Positions 54,404 to 64,000 of a stretch of 64,000 nt of DNA are shown here, in pieces. The position numbers and the translations under genes were made by a program. Below the pieces are notes generated by a model. It saw nothing but the letters and a program-made list of their open reading frames with translations. It did not search any database and was not told the DNA's origin. Source of the stretch: Phoronis australis (taxonomy: Eukaryota; Animalia; Phoronida); the NCBI GenBank assembly GCA_002633005.1, contig NMRA01000147.1:310001-374000 (forward strand). The letters run 5' to 3'. Each line of letters starts with the position of its first letter. Within the stretch, counting starts at the first letter, position 1.

Positions 54404-56120
54404 GCTCAATGGATAGAGTAAACACTTTACGTACGTTTCCAACGTAAGTGGACGGAGAGTAAGAGCTGTTAAAACCTGTATTTTTGAAGACCTCGACTAG
54501 ATTGTCAAAACGTTGATATTATGCCATTTTCAAAATCTTCAGCATTAGCACCAACTCCTTGAGAAACACCTGTGCTCAATTTTGGAGCTCATTTAAAAAC
54601 GTGAAAGAATTAATCCCGCATTATGCAAGGTCAAGCACGTTCTCACCATGTCCACTCCAGGGCCAGTATTCACAGTGTTATTTTGTCCCAATAAAGACAG
54701 AAAGAAATTTTCAAATTACTGCAATTAAATATCCATTGCAAGTCCTAAATGCAGTTGCCATCGCCGGTCACCCAAGCAAAGTCGAAATCCGAGGATAAAA
54801 CTGTACAGTACTTCATGAATAATGTGAAAATTTATGTGCCCAAACAACCTCGCAACATTCACGGACTGGTAGCATGAATAAAGCATCAAGAGCTGTTTTC
54901 GCCATTTATTTTAAGAGAAATATGCATTTTGTTGCGGTGTCCCCAAAAATGGGAATGTAAAAATCGACTTGTCCACCACGCGGGTGCGCGAAAAATGCGC
55001 ATGCTAAATTTGAAACCGTAGCTGACTCGAATTTTCCAGTTTCTAATAACAGAATGACTTTCATAAGAAGATTCAAACAAATGGGAGTTTTACAGCCTAT
55101 AAGGCGTTATGGTTTGCCATGAAAGCTACATGTAAGTTTTATGACTGACATGCTTCGTACCATTCCTACATGTACAAGTCATGGCGTGTTAAACCTGTTA
55201 TTAAACGTATATTTCAGGAGAATGCCATAGGTATTACTGGTCAGTATATATAAAGGACTCTGTCAACAAGAGCGACAGTAGTATTTTGCAATCATAAAAC
55301 TAAACATTCTCGCTGCCGTTTTTGTGTCTGAATAGCTGGACTGAGCGTAGACAGAGATATTTTCAATATGCTAGGGTTCTTTTGCTCATTGCTTAAACGA
55401 GTGTGCAAATAATCAAACATGTTTTTCATTCAAATGAATATTCCTAAATGCCATAGGTTTTTTTCTCTATCAGACAACGAATTCGGGTGTTTTATATGTG
55501 CTTCATTTCACTACAAGTTCGTATTCGATATTATCCCATGCGCGTTGAATCTGTCGAGGGAAATACGGCCATGTAGTAAAGTTTTCCGTATTCACCTGCC
55601 GCACTACTTCAACAGCGACCTCTGACATGGAAAGTTAAAAAGGTAGGTCAATGTCGACTCGACGTCTTTACCCGGTTCGATCATCAAACTTTGCGAATAT
55701 AGTTTAAAGTAATACAGTTTCAGCAGTGTAACTAACACTCGACATGCAACCAGGTCCTAAACTTAAAATCTGGAACAAAACTGTAAAAACACTTCTGTCT
55801 CAGTTTTCAATTGCTGAATACTACATCATCTGCAACTCAGGCGCCTATTCCTAGGAAATTAAAATATCAAATATTGTTGTTTTTAACTATTTCCAGGAGA
55901 TGTTACAAGTTCGCTGCACAGTTGCCGTTGTTTTCATCTTTGCTACCTCTTTTCAAGAAATATATCGTTACTTTTAAAACTGTTTCTTTTACAAGAGAAA
56001 ACTTGCAACCAACATGTAACGCCCAAGTACATACATACAATGTATAGGATGTGATCCGCCATGTGTACAGTCTTGGTGAAGTATTTGAAAAATCTGCCGA
56101 AAAAATGTAAGAAACTTAGG

Positions 56121-56297
56121 GATTCGAAGCGCATGGGATAAATACAAAACGTACCTCGATTGGCGTACATGAAGTAATATCCCACTCGACCTTATTCCCC
56201 GTATCGACCTCGACTTTCGGTCTCTGTCGATATGCGGAATAATGTCTCGTGGGATGTTACTTCATGTTCGCCGCTCTCGGTACATTTTGTGTATTTA
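56121..56297 (-). mobile_element. Long-hairpin (foldback) element next to GCATGGGATAA; possible non-autonomous Crypton-like element
   Basis: ~75-bp imperfect arms 56139-56297 around GACTTTCGGTC; on the minus strand three of the mismatch sites are GA opposite GA. Confidence 0.75.
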
Positions 56298-57368
56298 CGC
56301 TTGAAAATGAGGGTTGTGTCCAAACTACAAATGATTCTACATATTTGGAACACACGAGTTTTCACGTTTGCGTTGTTAAACTTGATGCTAAAACGAGGCA
56401 TTGTGTTCTAAACAACAATGCACAGCAATTATTTTTTGCAGAGTCACCAAAGTGTACAAGTAGTGAATAATATGTCATTTTTAATTGTCAACTTATTAAC
56501 TTGTTAACTTGTGTATTTTGATTCGTGGGAAATTGCCGTCACAGAACACTCACTTAAAATTGCCCACTCATGTCATTTTGATGTCAAGTCAACAATACTG
56601 CAGTTTACTATTCAAGGGTGTTGTACATATTGTTGGTTTGTTTTTCACTTTTCCTATTTTGTGCGTTGGCCTTTGTCCACTACAACTCTGCAAGAATTAG
56701 TTTTTCCGTTTCAGAGACACATCTGGCAAAAATTTGGAATATTCTCAAAAGCCACTACTAACTAAATTCATGATTGAAAACTTTTGAAAACAGTAATTTT
56801 GGTGCCTAATTATAGTCGCATTTTAACGGTTACAATTTTATTTCTCTATTGATTAATTTCCTTACGCCTTCGTACTTGTAAGTGAATGGTTTTCTCCCGG
56901 TTCTGAGTACCTTGAATTTCAGCGTTTTGGCTTTTACATAGTAAGTCACACCGTTCTATTGTTGGGTTTGTGAAATAAAATGAAGCAAGAAGTTTCTTCT
57001 TTAATGAATTCAAGCTTGCCATTTTACCATAAACTAAGTACTTTTTGTTCACACCAGGGTGCATATTATCATGTTTAGTACGACGCTACTAGGAAATTTG
57101 ATCTCGCGCGGTGTCATTTTTGGGTTTAGTAACAAAAGTTCAACACTGATTCGACAATTTTTAAATTATGTAATCTATTTCCTGAAATGAAAAATATTAT
57201 TAAAATGTTTCATAAATTACAGTAGTACGGAATCCCCTTGATACATTTTGGACTGCATCATCGTCAGTATTTAATTGTGACCTAAGTATAATTATCAAAT
57301 TTTCAAGAAGTGTAGAGCTTAATCTCCCATAACCTCAAACGAAGCCAAAAATGTCAGCTGATAGTGGA

Positions 57369-57613
57369 CATGCGCGCACCCAGGAGGGGGGGGGAGCGAA
57401 GTGGGTAAAAGGAACGCCTCAGGGAAACAAAAAGTTCGAAAAAGTAGAAAACGAGAAAATAACACTAAAAAGACTGGAATTATCAAAATTCGGCGAATGT
57501 GCAATTCACAGCTATGAATGTACCTTGTTTTTTTTTATTTTTTACGTTTTAGTAAAAGGTCCACATTCTCAAAAGTTCGAGCCGTTCCATTTTTTCGGCT
57601 GCTTAGGAGCGTG
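57369..57613. mobile_element. MITE of the CATGCGCGCACCCA family with 5-bp TSD
   Basis: Left TIR identical to 23544; degenerate right end; GTGGA on both flanks. Confidence 0.7.
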
Positions 57614-57870
57614 GTGGACACACAGTCAGATGAGTTATAGGTGACATGGTATATTGTTTTTGGACCACAACAGCTCAGTTTGTCTGCCTCATTTTTTTGG
57701 GAATTGTTAAGTTCTGTGCTGCGTGTTAATTCTACGAACGGCATGTACTTGATTTTTAATCTGTTCTGAGTGAAATATTGTAAGCTGTTGACCCCTTGAC
57801 CCACATTTTGCTTAGCCGGGGATTTTCTTAAACCTTAATTGCTTGCATGCGTTAAGTTGAAATTTAGCAG

Positions 57871-58021
57871 CCTCCCGTTCTGTAACGCTAGGACCTCGCT
57901 AAAAAGCAAGACTTCGCGAGATTACGTGAGATGCTGCCGTGCATTTTAAATGAGAACACGTGATATTGACTAGGTTTTAGCTAGGTCCTAGCGTAGGTCC
58001 TAGCGTCTACTGAACGCACGC
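57871..58021 (-). mobile_element. ~150-bp Harbinger-type MITE (copy 2)
   Basis: Reverse complement of 27628-27778; CAG on both flanks. Confidence 0.85.
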
Positions 58022-59050
58022 CAGAACTCAAGTACCCTTCAGACACTTTGAATTTGTGAAAACTTTGGCTGGTTGACACCCACAATTTACCTGATTTACA
58101 TAATGTGGAGTTTTGGCAGTCTGAATGCAGTGTCTGTCAGTCTGTGGTAATCGCATGCAAATGGTGGCTCCGGGGTGAAAACTGCTGATTTCGCGCATTG
58201 TGTTCGATTCTTCAAGTAGACGGCTGCACTTCTAGAAGTTCTCTGGTGTTTTGTGGTGAATCATAAAATACTGTGGATGTTACTCGTGGTAACATAAACG
58301 ATATCCGGTCATGGTAAGGACATTTTTAGAGCAATGTGCAGTTGTACCAACTTGTACAAAAATCAATTCAATAGTGCATTCTAATTAAATAAAGCAAAAA
58401 TACACGAAAACGAACACGTATATAAGACACTTCTATTATGAAAATCTCGTATAACAAACTTGACTACATCGGGCCAAAACTGCACTCATGAAGGTGTGAA
58501 AAATTCACAAAAATGCAACAAAAGCGTCAAGTCATTTGTTGACAAGTTTTGTGTCTCAGCAAAGTATACTCTTCCACACTTAATCTTCACACAATATTTG
58601 TAAGATTTTTACGTACTTGTAAAATTCCAATAAGTATAAATCAAGAAAGTTAGTACACACAAATCACGTGTTGTTTGATGTAACATTTGCGTTCCGTACA
58701 ATAAGTTTTTTGCAAGGAAAGCGAGATCACGTAAGATATCGCCATGCATTACAGGCGAAGAACGTAACCACATACATTTGACCTACCAGTGCACTGCGTT
58801 TTAACAGTCAATAGTCTACATTACATATTTTATGAAATAGTTGGAATACAAAAAGAGAAGGAAGTCTCAATTTACCTAACAACACGAAGGCTACTTATAG
58901 TTCTTTACAATAAATTCTTTGGGAACAGGTTCATTTTGTAGTCCTGACCCGGCTAGTCTTATTGGAAGGCATCGCAACCTGCCTAGGTCTTTGCGCTCCA
59001 CGTTGACTGCCTGGCTTGTTGTGACTGACAACACTTTCTGTTCTGTTTTG

Positions 59051-59896
59051 CTAAAAGATTGTATCGTCATCCAACCTCTCAGTTTCATCTCTTTTTTTCA
59101 ACATGCCCAGTTGTATTCCCCCGCTCTCCAACTGGTCGAATTTCAACCTTTTTTGCAATATAACTTTTTCTCGAGCCAACTCGTCGTCTGTGATTCCGGT
59201 AGATCTTCTCATCTCTTCAATCTTTCTCTTGTCGAATATCGTTCTTCTTTTTTGCTGTATTCTTTCCAGAGCTACCCTGGATTTCTTTCGCTGAGCTGCA
59301 CCACGTATTCTCTTATGAACGTCCTCGTCGTAATCTCCCTCAGCAGTTTCCATAACTTTGTGCAATGCCAAAAATTTGCGTTTAAATGCTGCATCCAAAG
59401 TACGTATTCGGGTTTTTGGCATGTTTTTGGACTGAAATTTGGCAATTTTGTAAATCGTTTTCCTCCGTTGCACAGATTGGTCGCATACCTCTTCGTCGTC
59501 TTCCTGTAGAATAGATATCGCGTCTGCTGTTTCGCTATCATCCAAAGCTTGCATATTTTTAGCCATTTTCAAAGCGGAGTCAATGTCGACACGATCGTTG
59601 GCCCCGGAACTGTAATCGTCTTTGCCACTGCGCACTCTTTTCAGCCTTATAAGAACCTCAGTAGAAATGATATGCAGAAACGTCCAGAGTCGATGCCACA
59701 GCATACCAATGTACTGAATAGCCAAAAGTGCACCGAACGAACCCAAGAACAGTAACCCGACAGGTTCGAGGGTCATCGGGTTTCTGTCTTTGGAGGTACA
59801 TTTAAACCACTCTATAGGTATTTTGTCCTTGTTTGCTGTCAGCAACACCATCATGGTCACGAACAATCCGTTAATCATGAAAAACGCTAGGCATGA
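59051..59896 (-). CDS. CHS: Chitin synthase, last coding exon (final TM helices and cytosolic tail)
   Basis: Acceptor tttacatttcag|TCA (phase 0); 282 codons to TAG; SCLAFFMINGLF and LEPVGLLFLGSFGALLAIQYIGMLWHRLWTFLHIIS match the metazoan CHS C-terminal EP..L.F...F...IQF..ML.HR..T..H pattern. Confidence 0.92.
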   Translation of the reverse strand, partial: SCLAFFMINGLFVTMMVLLTANKDKIPIEWFKCTSKDRNPMTLEPVGLLFLGSFGALLAIQYIGMLWHRLWTFLHIISTEVLIRLKRVRSGKDDYSSGANDRVDIDSALKMAKNMQALDDSETADAISILQEDDEEVCDQSVQRRKTIYKIAKFQSKNMPKTRIRTLDAAFKRKFLALHKVMETAEGDYDEDVHKRIRGAAQRKKSRVALERIQQKRRTIFDKRKIEEMRRSTGITDDELAREKVILQKRLKFDQLESGGIQLGMLKKRDETERLDDDTIF

Positions 59897-61058
59897 CTGA
59901 AATGTAAAAGTTGCCAATATGACTCGGACACGTTTTGGAAGAGTTGGGAACAATTTATTTGTTAACAACTATGCAGTGTTGGGTGGCTGTAAACAAGTGG
60001 ATCGTATCAAAAACCGGTGAATCTATTGAATTGTACCTATATGACCTATTGTTTGGCATGCATTATGTAAAACATGTTATTTACGTGGCCATTTGTTTTG
60101 AAAAATATCATTGATTAAACTCTAGTGTTCCGTGTTAGCAGCTAATCAAAAAAGATCTCTAGATAATACGAGCTTTTCTGTACTAATTGTGAGTATGAAC
60201 TATTCGTTGAAAAGTGGACTCCTATGATTCATCAATTTGAGAAAATTTCCTCTTTGACAATATTGTGATCTCGGGTTTGTCTGCGTGTGTGTATGTGTGT
60301 ACTACTTTTTGTACGGTGAAATATTCTGTTCAATAAATATACATAAAAAAGTATGCAATTTTGAACATTTTTCTCTCAATGTCATTTCGCCAGATGTTCA
60401 TTGACATTCATGAAAATTTGAAACCAATACGTAACTTATGAAAATTTCGCTATTTCTTACATATGAACTTGAATAAATGTCTTTCCACCAGGCAGCTGGC
60501 TATTTGCTTAAGATACCTGTCTCCTCCAAAATATTTTGCGTATTACAACTCAATGAAAACGTCTAGCAGATTTCATGAAATGGATGTCGTAAAACTGAAG
60601 AACATCCCGAAATCTACAGTATAGTTCGGTTTCGTGATTGGAGTTATATAGATGCTGAAATAGATTTCTCTAAGCTCACCCCAGGAAATGAGTGTTTGCC
60701 TAGAGGAGACTACGCGCTTAGTGCGCGAGACTGTCAAAGCTGCACAAACGCTTCATGTGCCAATTAAGGAGTAGATTTGAGGTGCTAAATATTTTTCTAC
60801 ACGCAAGTAAGTTGTTCAGCACTTTATGGTCACTTACAACATTCCCTCGCGTGTGCAGCCACTGAAAACACATCAGCACAGTCACGTGATGTCAGTATGA
60901 CAACCCTCAACATAATTAAATATTTAATAAAACTACACCCTTTTATTATCTGCCTCATGATTATACCCGCCGTCTCGGGTGAGCTTAGAGGAAAAAGCGC
61001 GCTTGTATTTACACAAGAACAACTGTTGTTTGCGAAATCAGACTGGAAGTCTTCTTAC

Positions 61059-61264
61059 TTTATTCCTCAATTCAAGTAAGTCCTCAGCAACCTGCTTCTG
61101 TTTTTCTGGGTTGGTAAGAAGAGGGTATAGGTACTTGTCTATCAGCTCCTTCCAAAACCTTGCCTCGTCATATATGAGCCCACCTGTTTCACCGTTGAGC
61201 AGATCAGGGTCGGCCAACCAGTTGCGAAAGGGTTTGTCCAACGAACGTTCAGGTATGATGATAT
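61059..61264 (-). CDS. CHS: Chitin synthase exon (conserved FW..LI.KYL.PL / DL.ELRNK segment)
   Basis: WLADPDLLNG...EARFWKELIDKYLYPL...VAEDLLELRNK|gtaag (phase-0 donor); phase-1 acceptor at 61264 or 61279. Confidence 0.9.
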
Positions 61265-62350
61265 CTGTTGGTGGAATTACTGGTTGACAAATTGGTGTAT
61301 GTAATATAGAAAGATGTCAGTATCAGTTTGATTTCCCACATCTCGCACATAGCAACTTAGCCATGAGCTAATTTAAGGAATTTTTTCAGTGGTACAATAT
61401 CATACTGCTGTCATACAATCACTGTCTATGCGTACTAGAAAATCCTTTTAAAGTCTACATGTATGCTGTGTCTTTTTGTCGTAATGAGTTTTCAACGAAC
61501 ATTGCGGTAGGAGTGAGAAACTTTGTAGTGTTGGTCTGAAGGCCAAATGGAAAACGAGATTCATTTTATGTGTCAATGCCCTGTACTTGCTGTTGTGGGA
61601 GGAAATTCTCTGAAGAATGTGACAGATGATGCCAAAATACGTAGATTATTTCATCTCCGTGATCTTTTTGAACTAAAAAACCTGGTGTTACGTATTTAAA
61701 GAGCAACAACAGTAAGAGCTGAAGTTTCATCATTGTAGAGTTGTGATGCAAACTGTTTTATGAGTCATAGGCCTACATACAATAAACATTTCTGGATCTG
61801 GTCTGAAGATCACACACTGCCATCTTATGGGAAGGCTTGAGCATGTCATTGACTTCTGAGAATGGACAAAAAGAAAGTATTCCCATGGAGGAGCTGAGAT
61901 AGACATTCACTTGGCGAAGAAAAAAGGAGCGGGCAATGACAACATGGCGGCACTCCAGAAGATTACTTGCGCGCTGCATAAAGAGTGCCAACTAAAGATA
62001 AGTGTCCATTATTCCATGATAGAATACACGATGACTTGCTCGCATAACTGTATGATATCACTTTGTACTTGATGACCCAGAATAAGGCTGAAATTTGGAG
62101 TCTGAACTTCGACGTTTCAGCTCAAATCTACAGTCGTCAAGTGCAAACGTGGACTAGAAACTCGCATAAACGACAATTTACTCAAACACAAAATAATATT
62201 CACTTATCTTTAGTTCGCACATTTAGAAATTTCCAACAATAATTTCGAGTATTAGACACCGGGTACTGACATGAAATCAGTTCTGTGTATCTGATATTAA
62301 AACATGTGAACATTCAAAGTGTGAAAAATTGGGTGCGTATGTAACGATAC

Positions 62351-62550
62351 TTGGTGGCTCGTAGTCGTCATCGCTACTAATGTTGCCCATTTCCTCGGGA
62401 ATTTCAGGTGCCACCGAGACAGTTCTGCTCCTGGGTCGCCTCCTTCCGGTTACGTCCCGAAGATCTTTTTCAATGGTGTCAATTTTCTCTAGAATTGTGC
62501 CGAATTTCATGTCTTCTGGAGATTGCTCTTCTCGAGGACAACAAATGCAG
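62351..62550 (-). CDS. CHS: Chitin synthase exon (Cys cluster and coiled coil)
   Basis: ttgtag|C TGC ATT TGT TGT gives CICCPREE...ILEKIDTIEKDL...; donor CCA A|gtatcg is phase 1, matching the next exon. Boundaries are inferred. Confidence 0.75.
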
Positions 62551-62724
62551 CTACAATCATGCAAAATGTCATTCTTTTAAAATATTTTATTGACCTTGAA
62601 AAGGCCCTCGAACTTCCACTCTGGATAGTTGACTGATATCAAACATAAGCAAAATTAGTGTTACATACACAGTGCTTGGATATAAAACAAACACGCACGC
62701 ATGAAGTGCTTTCAAAGATGCATG

Positions 62725-62830
62725 TAGATGCATACGTACATACATACATACATACAAACGTACATACATACGCAAATACTTACGTACATAGATGTACATA
62801 AATTCATACACATACGCATACATACATGTG
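62725..62830. repeat. Degenerate (TACA)n microsatellite (intronic)
   Basis: Direct read. Confidence 0.85.
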
Positions 62831-62979
62831 TGCATGTTAGTCATAATCAAATGTTCACAAGTACGGGTGAAAAGAACGGTAACATGTGCGACCGACTACA
62901 GCAGCATCACAGTGATCTCATGCGTTTTAAATGTCTAAGCATACAGTTTGAGAATCCGTTCACAAATGACTAAACATAC

Positions 62980-63094
62980 CAAGTTGAGAATGCATTCTCA
63001 ACTGTTTGCTTTGCTGTTTGTGGCTGTACTCGATAGGGGTCTCTGAATATCTGGAGTTTATGTACATTCACGCTGGTTGTTTTAGAATCCTCCC
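62980..63094 (-). CDS. CHS: Putative chitin synthase exon (variable region)
   Basis: Pyrimidine-rich acceptor ...gtaaacag|GG, open frame EDSKTTSVNVHKLQIFRDPYRVQPQTAKQTVENAFST, donor TG|gtatgt phase 2 matching the 62550 acceptor; no recognisable motif. Confidence 0.5.
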
Positions 63095-63291
63095 CTGTTT
63101 ACGACGTAAATAATTGATAGAAGATGCAATAGATGAATATTTTGTGTTCATATGTGTATGAGATGCCTTTGTAATCATAATAAGAATGCGAACAGTAAAC
63201 CAAATAAGAACGGGTTTATAAGACTACTTTGAATAGACAGAACCCAATGTTGTAGTCAATTGCACTTGCATTTGGTACAAGCATTCTATAT

Positions 63292-63485
63292 GTATTTCCC
63301 TCTACAGATTCAACGCACATGGGATAAATGTCGGTACAATGCCCTTGGTTGAGCATGCGATTGTTGCGCGTGCTCATTTCAGTATTCCATTTTCACGTTC
63401 AATGAATTCAGTCACTGAGTGGTGCAGTAGTAAAGTCGACGACTCGAAACCTTTGCGCACTGGGTTCGAAACCGGCCCTATTCTC
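63292..63485 (+). mobile_element. Element with CATGGGATAA junction and internal tRNA-like module (copy B)
   Basis: 63292-63327 matches the reverse complement of 55531-55566 at 34/36; 63334-63443 aligns to 12184-12291 (minus); A-box-like TGGTGCAGTAG and B-box GGTTCGAAACC. Confidence 0.65.
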
Positions 63486-63656
63486 GAATGACTGTACTGT
63501 CAACAATCGCTACACTGAGAATGATATACACAGGTTACAAACATTGGAATTGCTTCTAATAATGTTTGAAAGACCTAGTTTGAATGAGCAGCTAACAAGA
63601 GCTCGAAGGACTCTATCATTATTTAGGTCAACTGTGCACTATGATGCACAACAAGG

Positions 63657-64000
<344 letters not shown>

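Noticed and set aside
58919-59509. 196-aa plus-strand ORF
   Set aside because: Antisense shadow of the chitin synthase last exon.
63411-63480. Functional tRNA gene
   Set aside because: A/B boxes are present but the acceptor and anticodon stems do not pair; treated as a tRNA-derived repeat module.

Overview
Eukaryotic, AT-rich, repeat-dense DNA that looks like a marine invertebrate genome (inferred from GT-AG introns, microsatellites and TE types). The only host gene I can support is the 3' part of a metazoan chitin synthase on the minus strand: four phase-compatible exons at about 63094-59051, with the catalytic core beyond the window end. The first ~58 kb is intergenic and holds transposon relics. 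These include a truncated Harbinger transposase with its TIR and subterminal palindromes, CWG-flanked Harbinger MITEs, an internally deleted ISL2EU-like element (THAP + SWIM), a second THAP relic and four CA...TG MITEs with exact 5-bp TSDs. There is also a probable solo LTR, a LINE 3' end, satellites and microsatellites. The most unusual signal is a modular family built around a (G)CATGGGATAA junction. It carries long hairpins whose mismatches form tandem GA/GA pairs and a GAA triloop on one strand only, plus a tRNA-like module whose homology extends upstream of the tRNA head. The octamer TACATGTA is also strongly over-represented. No prokaryotic systems (CRISPR etc.) are visible. All alignments and counts were done by eye.
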